A stretch of 64,000 nt of DNA from the human T2T-CHM13v2.0 reference genome, Homo sapiens. The number at the start of each line of letters is the position of its first letter. Position 1 is the stretch's first letter. Shown in pieces: positions 43,650 to 56,854 of this stretch. The notes below the pieces were generated by a model. It was not told the DNA's origin, did not search any database, and saw nothing but the letters and a program-made list of their open reading frames with translations. Location: NCBI RefSeq assembly GCF_009914755.1, contig NC_060933.1. One strand, given 5' to 3'. Both the position numbers and the translations under genes were made by a program.

Positions 43650-43705
43650 AAACAACACCCCTAAACAACAACAGAAACTCTCTGAGGTTTCCCAATGCCT
43701 TCAAG
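43650..43705 (-). repeat. Inverted copy B' of 44589-44644
   Basis: 52/56 identical to the reverse complement of 44589-44644 by manual alignment. Confidence 0.96.
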
Positions 43706-43732
43706 TGGCTCTGGGAAGGCATTGGAAGGCTT

Positions 43733-43793
43733 TGGATGAAATTACAGGCTAAGCTGCTTTAGCAAAAAGACACACAAAATACAGAAGATTAAA
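43733..43793 (-). repeat. Inverted copy A' of 41763-41822
   Basis: tggatgaaattacaggctaagctgctttagcaaaaagacacacaaaatacagaagattaaa. Confidence 0.97.
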
Positions 43794-44026
43794 CTATGCA
43801 GGGAGTCTGGGAGAAAAGTTAAAGAGAGGAAACTGGTCAACAATTGTCAACCTTATCTTCTCTTCAATTATCTTTCCTAAATTCCGGTATGATTTTGGTT
43901 GCTTGAACAATCAGCGTGGTCTGATGAGAGCTTATCAGCTGCGAGTAGCAGGAGAAAGAAGTGAAGATAATTATTTCCCACTTGGAGCTGAATAAAGTGA
44001 AGCTAAACCACTAAATGCAGCTCCCT

Positions 44027-44028
<2 letters not shown>

Positions 44029-44071
<43 letters not shown>
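44029..44071 (+). repeat. (CA)n microsatellite
   Basis: Direct. Confidence 0.97.
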
Positions 44072-44074
<3 letters not shown>

Positions 44075-44588
44075 CAATACACAAACTCAAAGCTTGATAA
44101 TTTTAGTCTGGCTATTGATATTTCAAAATTGCATGGGAGAAAATTGTTATGAGTTGAATTCCAGTTGGTTTCAAAGGCATTTCTAAATTTGTGCTTTTAT
44201 ACCTGCAGTCATTACCTCACGTTTCTGAACGTCTTCTACAGAGCCTATGCCAGGCGCTGCTGGCTACATACACAGGTCACTAACAACAAAGCAAGGTGGG
44301 ATACATTAAATAGCCAATGGGATGGGAGAGGAGGAGATGGGACTTTATCCGCATTTTAAAGAAAATATACAATGCCAAGGAGGGGCAAGCAGTCCCTGCA
44401 AGGGGAGCGGCATGAACGTGGGGAGCAGGGGAAAAGACGGGCCTGGCATGAATCTGGCACACTCAGAGAGCAATGAGTTTGTGTAGCGCAGCGGATTCAG
44501 GTATAGGAGTAATAACGGCCCCTGTGAGGCGGTAAATGGACTCTAAATTTCGGTTGAGCATCAATGCCGACTTAAAGGATTCGCACAT

Positions 44589-44644
44589 CTTGAAGGCATT
44601 GGGAAACCTCGAAGGGTTTCTGTTGTTGTTTAGGGGTGTGGTTT
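44589..44644 (+). repeat. Inverted-repeat arm B (pairs with 43650-43705)
   Basis: cttgaaggcattgggaaacctcgaagggtttctgttgttgtttaggggtgtggttt. Confidence 0.96.
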
Positions 44645-44799
44645 GGTTGGGGAGAGAAGGAAATGTGATATATACAAGACGCTGCTTTGGGATGAGTCAT
44701 CTGACCGTGGTGTACAATGGATCAGAATGGAGAGAGAGTGGGAGTGTTCGGATTGTTGCGGAGGCAGGGTGAGGAGCTGGGAGCCTGCGCTAAGGCTAC

Positions 44800-44990
44800 C
44801 CATGACCTACAGGCTGTGCGAGCCACGCTGTTTCCCATCTTGTCTCCGTTCATCTTCCTCGTGCCCTATGAAGTCGGTATCCGGCTCCATCTTACAGACC
44901 AGGAAACTAAGAGCAGGCAAGGTCCAAGGCCACATAACAGGTAAACGCACAAGTGGGACTGGAACTCATTTTTTTGTCTTGACTTCGAAG
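44800..44990 (-). mobile_element. MIR
   Basis: ccctatgaagtcggtatc...ccatcttacagaccaggaaactaagag. Confidence 0.7.
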
Positions 44991-47530
44991 TCCATGTTCT
45001 TTCTACTATGACACATCAGCCTCTTTTTTTAAAAAATGGTTAATAATAGCGGTGACAGAGGACGTGGGAGGGACCCTATTTGGAAATGAGTTATCTATCC
45101 TTGCAGACTCAGCGTCCTTACATTGCACCACGACAGCATGAATAAGTCCATATCCTATTACTTCCCACTTGGTACTTAGGGAGTAAAAACCATTCCATGC
45201 TGTAAGAGTCTCTCTGAGTGCTAAGTCTTGTGATCGCGGTGAGATGGAAAGTGAGTAGCCAAACATGTTTCAGGTTTGTGGGAAATTGCAAAGGACAAGA
45301 CAGAAATCATAAAGACGCAATTGAATTACACTGTGTCGTGGCCCCTGGGATAACAGCTGTTTTCCAGGTCTACAATCGTTCTCATTAGTAAATTAAAAAC
45401 TCGAAGCTCCCCATCCGCGGCCTTGCGCTGCTAGGCCACGTGGTGACAGGAAGCCCTGTGTTTGTACAGGTGGGGGAGCGAGCAGGCTTGCAAAGTGGGT
45501 GGCGGGAAGCTCTGCCTGGAGCACAGGTGGGGAATCCGAGCAAAAGCAGACCCCGGCAGAGGCCCGTGTGTTCCGGCGCTGTCAGCTCCCCTCTGCAGAG
45601 GGTGGCGTGGAAGGCAGCCCTCCTTAGGCCGCTGGGTCAGCTCAGGGCCAGATTCAGGGAATGGTGGCTGGGCTCTCTCTCCACCTAGGAATGCGGAAGG
45701 ATTTGGTCCCCTGCAAGGCCAGTTCCTCCTTCCGAGCAAGTACCAAAAAATTACCTCCAGCATGATACCTCTGTACACAGCTAAAAGCAACCCAAACTAA
45801 ACAACATGCCTTTTGAGAACACAGGGAGGAATGTCATCTATTTCAAAAAGGACAAGGGTTTTAAAGCAAAGGGAAAAAGCATCACGAGACCCAGGAAAGG
45901 GACTACCTCCAGTTCCGGGTTTGGGGAGGTAGGAGCCAGGATGGGGGCACCTTGCCGATGGAGGCACGGTGTTGTCAGGGTTCTGGTTTCCAGGTTGCCT
46001 GGTGAGTCCATGGGAGTTGATACAATTATTAAAAAAAAAAATTCTCCATAGAAAACGTAGAGGGGCGTGCATGGACCAACGGGGAGAGTATGTCAAGAAC
46101 CAAAGATTATTATTAATCCATTTCTGTTCACCCAGGTGCAAAAAGACAGACTGGAGGGAGATGTATGCCAGGACCCCTGACCGGCCCTCTTAGCTTGCTG
46201 GAGGGGCTGGGTGCAGCTCACTGACCTGGCCTTCACCATCTGCTGCCTGCTTGGCTGTGGAGCCACTGATGCCCACGTGTAGAGGGCACAGACCTAGACA
46301 GAAATTGCTCATTGAAATGAGTAATGCTAGAAAAATTCACTTGAACATGGAGAACGGTAATAAATATCTAACTCTATTGGGCATGTAGATGTCAATGATC
46401 ATTTCGTCTATTAAAGGACATTTAATATCAAATAGAAAGTCAGAAAACTTAAATTTGGGAGCCTGACCTACAACAAAGCAGCCTTGTAATCTCAAGAAAT
46501 TAATTTTCTCCCCCAGAGGCAGAATCATCCAGGTATACCTTTTATGGTTTCTTTTCCCTTCTTTTCTTCCCTTTTCCTGCACTTCCCTCCCCTCTACTGT
46601 CTTTTTCTCCTTTTCTTTCCTCTCTGCTCCATTCCATTTTGTTTTATTTTACTTTCTTTCCTAACCTGAAACATCGTTTCCACTCTGAAAGAACACAAAA
46701 TGTTTAGAGTTTAGGCTACATGACCTCAGAGACACCTTTGGCACTAACATTCCTGCCCTGCGTGGGCCGGGGCAGGGCCCTGGGACCTGTAGTCAGGACA
46801 CCAGGCAGCTGCCGCCCTCTCCAGCTGAGACTGTCCAGCTCAGAGCCATCTGGGGGGTTATTCGGATATTTCCCGTGCCTTATCTTGTTTCTCTCTTTTT
46901 CCTTTTTTCTTTCTTTCTTCTTTTTCTTTTCTTGGAAGAGAGAAACAGGCATGAGCCTCCATGCATGACTTCTCTCTTCATAGTTAAAAAAAAAATCTCA
47001 ACTTTTCCATACCTTGAAATGTTTAAAACACAGAACTAGAGTCATAGAAAACCAGGAGAAGAGAAAGAGAGAGAAAAAAAAAAAAGGCAAAGAGATTAAG
47101 ATAAATGTGACTTTATGGTAGTCTGAGAAAAGCCAATTGACCACAATTAAAATAAAACAATGTATCTTTAAATGTGTGCTCTGAACTTCTCTCACAGCCA
47201 AATTCATAGGATTAAAACGTGCTCCTGGTGAGATGTCACCATTCATGCTATGGCTGGGAGGTAAAAATTAACTCAACAAAAATGTATTGAGGAACATCTA
47301 CGTCCCTGTGTTAGGCCCCGGAAAAAAGAAATTAACAAGTCAGACAATGTCCCTGCCCTCAAGGACCTTACATGGGGAAAACAAGAACCAACTTTAAATT
47401 AATAACTATAGAACATCAAGCCAGGCTGAGACAGGTGGCACTTAACAAAGGAGATGGCCATGGGAGCTGAGGGGCATTGACACCATGACATAGTGGTCAG
47501 AGAAGTTTTCTCTTCTGGGGAGACATTGGG

Positions 47531-47890
<360 letters not shown>

Positions 47891-48061
47891 GCTGGCGAGA
47901 CAGTTGACCTGAGCCCTGAGTGAACGAGAGAAGCAGCTAGGTACACATCTCTTGAATGAGCTTCCTTGGCAGAGGGAACGGGCTGCCCACTGCCCAACCC
48001 CTGAGGGAGCTGAGATGTGCCTGGCCTGACTGAGGATCAGTGGAGGCCTATGTGGCTGGAG

Positions 48062-48222
48062 TCGCTATAAGATTTACAAGGCCCAGTGCAAAATGAAAAT
48101 GGAGGGTCCCATGTTCAAAAATTATTTAAACCTTCAAAAAGGCAACAGCAGAACAATGACCCGAGTGTGGGGCCTCTCCAGGCTGGGGTCCTGGGTGACC
48201 GTACGTGTCACCTGGCCAGCTC
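48062..48222 (-). mobile_element. MER45A-like hAT-Tip100 fossil
   Basis: ggcccagtgcaaaatgaaaatggagggtcccatgttcaaaaattatt...ggcaacagcag. Confidence 0.75.
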
Positions 48223-48504
48223 TAAAGGCAGCAAGGCAGATGATGAGGTCCGTCTGAGGACTTAAGGCTGATCCTATGTCTTGGTAAGCCATTGCAGGGA
48301 CCTTCAATTTTCCTCCAAGTGCAACAGGAAGCCATTGTCAGATTCTGAGTGGGGAGTGGGTGACCCAATATGCTTCTAGCAGGATATCTCTGACTCCTGT
48401 GTGGAGGTGAGCCTGGGGAGATTAGGGTCACAGCAGGGACGCCAGTGAGGAGTTCCGGCAGGGGCCTGGAGAATCGCAACAACTACAAGAGAGAAAGAAG
48501 GACA

Positions 48505-48797
48505 TGCCAGGTGCAGTGGCTCATGCCTGTAATCCCAGCACTTCGGGAGGTCGAGGCGGGCGGATCACCTGAGGTCAGGAGGTCCAGATCAACCTGGCCA
48601 ACATGGCGAAACCCCATCTTTACTAAAAATTAGCAGAGTGTGGTATCGCGCACCTGTAATCCCAGCTCCTCGGGAGGCTGAGGCAGAAGAATCGCTTGAA
48701 CCTGGGAGGCAGACGTTGCAGTGAGTCGAGAAGGCAAAGAGCCTTCACTCCAGCCTGGGTGACAGAGGGAAGCTTCATCTCAAAATAATTTAATAAA
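48505..48797 (+). mobile_element. AluS
   Basis: TSD agagaaagaaggaca on both sides. Confidence 0.95.
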
Positions 48798-49439
48798 AGA
48801 GAAAGAAGGACACCTCTCTCTCACCATAATTGGATGCAACGCTGCCCTTACCACCCCCAGCATTTGGAGATTTCTGTGTGTTCTTTGGCTCCGGCCATGA
48901 GTGAAACTGCTCTTGGGCTGGAGTAGATGTGGGTCCCATGCTAAAAGATGTGTGGCAGAAAAAGAAGCCGGTGCTGCAGGCACCCTTTACCTTCCAGAAC
49001 GCATGCACCTCTGCTGCTGTGATGCCCAGTGAGGATAGGAAGCAGAAAGAACATAATTACATCCTGCAGGAAAATCCTCTCCTGTAGCGCCCTTACTTGG
49101 AATTCTATTTCTCTTTCTTTAAAGGAAAAGGAAATTCCTGAGGGCTTAAAGAATGTCTGTCAGTGCCTCCCTCAGGTGTCAGAAGAGGGGAGGTTTGGAA
49201 TTCTAACAGAGCTGAGCCGAGAGGAAAGGCCAGGCTTGAGGCGTGACCTAGTAGGTGGCCTCTGTAGGTGCGACTGCACGCCTCTCCTCCATGGAGGGAC
49301 CCAGGAGACGCCGCCTTCTCAACAGTGCTGTGAGGGCAGACTTGGGTGGCGCTATGGGAGGGAGATCAAGGATGCTCCTGCCCGAAAAGGGAGGCAAAAG
49401 TGATTAAGAAACAAAAAGGAAGAGGAAAGAACAATGAAT

Positions 49440-49860
49440 GGATGAAAATGACCTGATATATCAATACAACAGAATAATATTTAACAATAGAAAGAATTAC
49501 GGATGAACCATACACACAACATGGAGAATCTGAAATAATGTATGCTAAGTGAGGAAGTCAGACAGGAGTACTGCTATGTGACTCCACTCACGCAACACTT
49601 CAGAAGATGCAAGCCCAGCCTTATAATGGGAAGCAGATGAGTCCGTGGTTGCCAGGGATGAGGAGTGGAAGGAGGAGCGAGGAGAGATGACGTGAGGAGA
49701 GGGAGGACGGAACTTTTGGGGTTGCTAGATATTTTCATTGCCTTCTATGTGCTGATGGTTTAATGGGTATAATTCATACATCAAAATTTACCAAATCGTA
49801 CAGCTTAAATATATGTACCTTATTGCGTTAATTGTATTTTGATAAAACTGTACTTTTTTT
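49440..49860 (+). mobile_element. L1MC/ME-type 3' end
   Basis: aacatggagaatctgaaataatgtatgctaagtgaggaagtcagac...gtggttgccaggga...ggaacttttgggg. Confidence 0.8.
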
Positions 49861-49875
49861 AACAAAGAAAAAGAG

Positions 49876-50194
<319 letters not shown>

Positions 50195-50209
50195 CTAGCA
50201 TTAGCCAGC

Positions 50210-50390
50210 CATTTATGAACCACAGATACACTTTACTACAGATTCGTGCCTATTCACAGCAACGTTGTGGTTACTTACCCACATTTGTACAAGAAGGAAG
50301 AGGTCAAGTAACTTGCCTAAGGTCACTCATTTAGAAACAGAGGAATTTGACTTCAAAGCCAATCTCGTGTTTTTTCCATCTTGCCAAAAC
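50210..50390 (-). mobile_element. MIR
   Basis: aagtaacttgcctaaggtcac...gaggaatttgac. Confidence 0.65.
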
Positions 50391-50419
50391 CATGATAGTG
50401 GGGTTGTTTTTTTTTTTTT

Positions 50420-50940
50420 TAATGGCCACATATTACTCTCCCCTCATTGACTTCTCCCCTTCATTCTGTATGGGCTTACAACTGCTTCAGACAATAAGTA
50501 TGAAGAAAGTGACTATATAACTTCCGCTGCTAGGTCAGAGAAAGTGACACCGCTTCTATCTCTTCTAGTCTCTTGGACTCTTGTGCTTGAAATACTTGCT
50601 CTTAGAATGTTTCCTCTTGGAACCTATCAGCCGTGCTATGAGAAGCCCAAGCCACGTGGAGAGGCCCCATACTTGTAAGTGGTTTGGTCAACAGTCCCAG
50701 TAAGTCCGGCTTGGAGCAGCCCAGCTAGGCATGCGAGAGAAGACACCATCTTCAAAGTAAATCCTCCAGCCTCAGTTGTTCCAGTCTTCCCAGCTGAGGC
50801 CCCAGACACCACAGAACAGAGACAAGCCATCTCTACTCTGTCTTTTCCAAATTCTCAATCCACAGAATCTGTAAGCCTACTATAAAGGCTATTTTATGTC
50901 ACTAAATTTGGAGTAGTTGGTTATGCTAGACAACTAGAGT
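50420..50940 (+). mobile_element. MLT1-family MaLR LTR (MLT1G/H-like)
   Basis: atgagaagcccaagccacgtggagaggcc...ccagacaccacagaacagagacaagcc...ccacagaatctgt. Confidence 0.8.
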
Positions 50941-52704
50941 AGTAATTTTGTCTTGGGCTGGCTTGATGGTATAAGTGGATCTAAGCAATATATCCATGGT
51001 TTGGGACTATATTGACTACAAAAACAACAAATTAATCCTTCATCTGTTATCAACTCTAGTCTAGTTTTATAGAAATGTCATGTGGTCCCCTAAATGCTGT
51101 CATTCAAATAAGACCTTCTTGGGCCAAACAACCAATACATCTTCCTACGTAAGTTTAAATAAAGTCTTTCTGGCTTATGTGAGATCATGAAAGCCTCCTT
51201 TTGACACAATAATCCCATGCTCTGTAGTCTGTAAAGTCATTTGGAATTACATGGCAAATGACATTTATAAAGCAACAACTAGCCGGTGGAAGCAACGTTA
51301 AATCAGAACATTTTAGTAACTTCAATTTTTATCAAGAGTAGTATGTTTTAGGCTATATTTCTTAAACAAGAAGGCTTGGTCAAGTTTACATTTATTCAGA
51401 TACCCAAACCATGTCCAGATTATATTTGAACATTTCTTTGAGGGCTCTATGTCCCATTTAATTGCTTTTGACAAGCATGATACCCTCTAAACCTAAATAA
51501 TGTGTTTCCCCTGAAAACCCCCTCAGCTAAAAACACATTCTACTCCAAGTAAAATGGTTGCATCATCTAAATTCCATTATCTGTAGCATTTTGTAAAAGG
51601 CCATGAACTAAGAATGTGCCCTTGTTCTTGATCTCAGGGCGTCTGAAAAAAGACTTGAGCATGAAGCCAGGAGGGGTCTGGCCGCTCGCCCAGGTCTTGA
51701 TCTCCAGGCTCTCAGCTCACCAAGGTGGGATGCAGCAGCTTGCAACTTCTTGGGGGAAAATAGTTCTTGAGAAATAATTTCAAGGGGTAAACTGGTGATT
51801 TTTTGGACAGAGCTTGGGAGAATATCTGGGGCAGAACCGGAAGAAGGGAGAATGTGTGAGAGCTAAAAGGAGGCAACAGCAGGAGCTAAGAACGAGGACA
51901 GGGGAGGAAAGAGTGGGCTCAGAGCAGGGGAGGGTGGTGAAGTAACACCAAGAACTCTGAAAACCCTTGTCGCCAACTGTGACTGTCTTCACAAATCCCG
52001 ACGGTAAAGGCTGCGTGACTCTCCTGGTAACCCTTCTGCCTCGAGGGCCTTTGGCCCTGCCCAACCAATGGTCATGCTGCTGTGTTGGACCCATGAACTG
52101 CAAATCCCTTTAGTGAGTGTGTGCAGAGGACTGTGGCAGAAATCCACATGAGAGACTTAGGTACTGCAGTGATCCATCATCTGGGAAGATTAAGTGGCTC
52201 TGGTGGCTTCCACGCTACCATCTGACTGTGGTCATCTTGAAAGTTAACTCTTCACTTGTTTTTATCAGTGTGGCTAGCATTGCTTCTGTTCTTAGGTTAA
52301 AAATACAACAGGGAAAACCCACTCCACCACCACAAAGCTTAAGCCTGGACGTGGCTAGAGGTTGGTTTTATGAGGTTGTCAGAAATGAATCATCAAGCTA
52401 CTTGAAGCCAGAGACTCCAGGAAATCTAAACATTTGATAATGCTTGTTTTTGCTTAATTTAGTGAAGCAAGGCCAGAGTCAAACCTGCTGCCATGCACGA
52501 GGCAGGCAGATTTTTATAAAAACAGGTTTGTCCTCAAGATTCCCAAACGCCTGTGTCATCAGGCTCTGTCTAGCTCTATTGAAGGCCCACCCTCCTGTAA
52601 GAAGCACAGATGCAATTCAAGCCAAGTTCAACTGGATTGAAAGCTCCTTGGGGGTTGTTACTGCGCCTCACACAGCTTTGTGTCCCTCAGAGTAAGCATG
52701 TGGG

Positions 52705-52960
52705 TAAGGTCAGGTTCCCCAGAAACAAATCTGTAAGGTGAGGACAGAGGAGGTAGGAGGTGTTTACTAAGGAAGTGCGCCAGGGAAGGCTGGGCAGGAG
52801 TGAGGGAAGCAGGATGATGAGGAGGAGAAGAGCCACACCAGGGGTTATCTCAGGCTGCGACCCGTGGGGTGGCGCCAGCCTGATCTTGCAGGGACCTCAA
52901 GAGGATAAGGCACCCGTCAGAGCTTGTCCCAGCTGGCAGCAAAGGACCTGGGCTTTCCTA
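52705..52960 (-). mobile_element. LTR16-type ERVL LTR fragment
   Basis: taaggtcaggttccccagaaacaaatctg...gggaagcagga antisense terminus. Confidence 0.55.
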
Positions 52961-54085
52961 TTCTCCAGGCGTGAAGCCCCTAGGAAATACGACCAATATT
53001 TTATCCTGTGGGAATATAATTTGGGTAGGGCTCAAGATTTGGAAAATGATGTATGAGCTGATTGTTTTGCCACCTGCTACACAGGTGTTCAAACATGGCA
53101 GAATGTGAGTGAGCTTCTCCACTCCTGGTAATAATCAACGGGGTTCCGAGTGCTGAGTTCCTCCCACATTGCTGCTCTTCAGGGAGTGAGCCTCATGGCC
53201 CTGGAGTTCTCCATTAGACTAGTCCGACAAAGCGGGGCATGTTCTAACTATCCAAGAAAACCATGCTCCTTACATATTTAGCTATTATGATTACTTTCCA
53301 CCACAGCAGTCCTAGCCTCTATGATACAAAGAAATCAGAAAAAAAAAAATAAATTGGATCCAATCTATATTGAATGGCTAAGTTTTTATTAATTCAGTTA
53401 CCTATGCCACAAATATCTACTGTATGCCTTCTGTGCTCCAGGCAATATGCTCGGGTTTTGGAGACACAGAGCAACAAAATATACAGTTTACAAATGAGTG
53501 GACGTTCTTGAAACAAAGGCTGGGAGGGATGGAGGGAGGTGTGAGCCTGGAGGCGTAAGCAGGAGTCCTCCCGGGAGCCTCATGGTGAAACCTGTGCTAA
53601 TGACCATGCGTTTTCACTGCTCAAATATCGCGGGGGCTCTATGCCTCTTAAAATTTTATCAGTGTCCTAATTTTCTTCCACTGCATCCTAGGAGAACCAA
53701 AGACCACAAGATGAAAACATATTCAGACACACCCTTTCCCACTCCAAATCACAATTTTCAGGTCAAGCTCCCCTCAAGGGGATGCATTTCATAGAATTTG
53801 GTGATTGTGTTCTTTTAGGTGTATTGTCCACTTTTCCTGGCCTTTTTCTAAATTCTTTTATCTTTTGGGAACATGAGACTCACATAAAATAATAAAGGGT
53901 TAGATTATCTTTTTAAATCCGCAATATTTTAGCAATATTTACCTCCTTCTAACTTCAGTTATTGTGCGCAAGCTTTTATTATTGGCATGACATTTTCAAG
54001 TTCCTCAATTGACCACATATTGGGATTCATTTTTTGATGTGCAGTATCTTGTAATCCTGAGTACAATCCTTAAAAGGAGAGAGAA

Positions 54086-54403
54086 GGCCAGGTGCAGTGG
54101 CTCACACCTGTAATCCCAGCACTTTGGGAGGCCGAGGTGGGTGGATCACGAGGTCAAGAGATAGAGACCATCCTGGCCATCATGGCAAAACCCCATCTCT
54201 ACTAAAAATACAAAAATTAGCTGGGCGTGGTAGTGCACGCCTGTAGTCCCAGCTACTCCGGAGGCTGAGGCAGGAGAATCGCTTGAACCCAGGAGGTGGA
54301 GGTTGTAGTGAGCCGAGATCAGCCACTGGACTCCAGCCTGGCGACAGAGTGAGACTCTGTCTCAAAAATAAATAAATAAATAAATTAAATTAAATTAAAA
54401 ATA
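54086..54403 (+). mobile_element. AluS (Sc-like)
   Basis: gaggtcaagagatagagacc; TSD taaaaggagagagaa. Confidence 0.96.
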
Positions 54404-55116
54404 AAAGGAGAGAGAAACACACTAAGAATGGTGCCGCAGTTCATAATCTCTACTTGGGTTCAGCATTGTAGAAATGTAGGTTCTTTCAGCCTGCCTATCT
54501 CTCTAGGATTCAAATTGCCTGATTGAGGTAATGTCGGTTCCTTTTTTTGATGGATTTAAATTTTCTGGTTTACACTAACATCCACCAGATCTCCAAGCCG
54601 GTGGCACAGCACAGCCATGTTTCGTCACCACCCCAAGTTCAGGATGTGCTCCCGTGGCCCGCGGGCTTTGAGCTGGAACTCCTGCTTCCCTGGGGAAGCA
54701 CAGGCACATCAGTGTGCTCGGGGTGTTTGCAGAGAGCTGTCCCCTAGGGACCCCACATGGAGGAGTGGGCTCGGCCCCCTGGGTGGTGTTGGGGCAGGGG
54801 AAGGATCACACATGGGCCTCAAGCAAAAGTATGATGGTAAGACTGAATAACCGTCCAGGTTTATCACACTCAGACGTGGAATGTAGTACAATTTCCACAG
54901 TCTAAGAGAAATAACCATTTTGTGAAACTCTCTCAATAATTTACACTCTTTAAAAAAAAATCAAAGCTGAAATATTTGATGCCACCATTTAAGAATTTGT
55001 GACTTCAAACTGAAGTCGTTAGGTTTGCGTCTCTATTCCACAATTTATTGACTCTATGATTCTGAGCAACTTATGCAAAGTCTAAATAATATGCAAAGTG
55101 AGAATAATCATAACAA

Positions 55117-55545
55117 TGTCATGGGCTGAATTGTGTTCCCCCCAAAGACATGCTGAGTCCTAAGCCTTAGGAACTGAGAATGGGAACTTATGTAGAAACC
55201 CTACTACACATCTAATTAAGTTAAGGTGAGGTCATGAGGGTGGGTCCTACTCCAACATGACTGTGTCCTTATGAGAAGAGAAGAGACGCAGAGACAAATG
55301 CGGAGAAGTCCATGTGAAGATGGAGGCAGAGACTGTAGTGATGCAGCCACAGCAAGGAGCTGCCAACCACAGCTCGGAGAGGGGCCTGGAACACATTCTC
55401 CCAGACCCTTCAGAGGAGGCATGGCTCTGCTGACCCCTTCATTTTGGACATGTAGCATCTAGAACTGCGAGAGAAGAAATTTGTGTTGTTTTAAGCCACC
55501 CAGTTTGTGGTATTTTGTTATGGCAGCCCTATGAAACTAAAACAA
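55117..55545 (+). mobile_element. MLT1B/C-type MaLR solo LTR inserted in a MIR
   Basis: tgtcatgggctgaattgtgttcccccc...ttttaagccacccagtttgtggtattttgttatggcagccctatgaaactaaaaca. Confidence 0.88.
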
Positions 55546-55614
55546 TACCTGTCTTGCCTTTCACAAAGGAAATTGTGTACGGGTGCCCTTTGTAAGCTAT
55601 TATAGAAGGTTCTT

Positions 55615-56065
55615 ATTATTAGGACACTTTCTCTTGCAAGGAAACAGGAAACTTAATTCAAACTGACTTAAGTTTTTTAAACAAGGAAATTTACTGACTC
55701 AAGAGGTAAGTGAGTCGCAGCCTGGAGGGACTCAAGTGTGCAGATGAGTCTCTCTGTCACTTCTGCTTTCCAGAATATTTCTTCTTGTTCTAAGGACTCG
55801 TGTGGTAACTGCTTGCAGCTCCAGATGCACATCCTCCGAAATTCAGACTCAGGGGAAAAGAGAGTATGTCCCCTGTAGCTCCCCAAAAAATTCAGGATTG
55901 TACCAACTCAAGTCACAAGCCTATTTCTTAACCAATAACATGGCTAGGGGATGTGACGCTCCACGTGGCCAAGCTGGGTCACGTGCACCAGTGGAGATAG
56001 GGCCTGAGCCCCTCTCAAACCATACGTGCTGAGCATGGGAGAGCAGAGATTCCTCAAAAGAAGCT
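55615..56065 (-). mobile_element. Old MLT1 (K/L-like) LTR
   Basis: ttgcaaggaaacaggaaacttaattcaaactgacttaag...ggaaatttactgactca. Confidence 0.6.
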
Positions 56066-56099
56066 CATGAACTACTAAAAGAAAGGGAAATCAATATTC

Positions 56100-56830
56100 C
56101 ATATCTTCCTCCAATTTCTTTGCTCTCCTTCAAAGCAAAATGTCTGCAAAGAATTTTTTCTATTGTCACAACCTCTGCCTCTTGTCATCCCCAGGTGGGT
56201 TTCTGTTCCATCACCTCCAGAATGCAAAGCCAGGTCTCCAATCTGTCCTCTCTGCTCTTGGCCTCTTGTCAGGTTGTCCCGGTGGCCCCTCCCTTCTTCC
56301 TGCACACCTGCCCCTCACCCCATCCTGTCCGACCCTGCTCCCTCTTGCCTTCCAGACACCTTGCTGGCTTCTCAACATCGCAGGGCTGCCGGCCTCCCTT
56401 AGCCGCGCTCTCCCTAGCTGCCTGAGCCCTTAAACACAACTGCATATGCCGCTGGCTCCAGATGAAACCCCTAACCCTGACCTCTATCCTGGGCTCCAGA
56501 TTTACAGCCCCTCCTGCCCGTGTCACCTTCAGAACATATCCGGCCTCCACTCGCATTCCCACATTGCTCCATTGGACGCATCTGCCTTGGTCCCAGCCAG
56601 CAGGATGGTATCCCCTGGACTCCCACGTCAATCTCCCTTCCAGTCTCCCCGCTTCCTTCCTGGCCAGAATGATTTGATTTGAAAACACAATTCAGATTAT
56701 CTTACTCCCCTGCTTCCTACCCTCCACCAACTTTCCACTGCACTTAAAATGGAAGGAAAATGAAAACCCAAGTGTTTACTGTAGCTTCCGAAGTTGCATA
56801 TGCTCTGGCCCCTGCCTACTGGAGATCTCA
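56100..56830 (+). mobile_element. L2 remnant
   Basis: acctctatcctgggctccaga...cagaacatatccggc...tcagattatcttactcccctgctt. Confidence 0.65.
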
Positions 56831-56854
56831 TCTCCTGCCTTCATTGATCCGTCT

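Larger units (their letters stand above)
44380..46200. promoter_or_regulatory. CpG-retaining enhancer-like region
   Basis: Elevated CpG relative to flanks; extended AP-1 site gatgagtcatc 44691-44701; CACGTG E-box near 45437. Confidence 0.45.
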
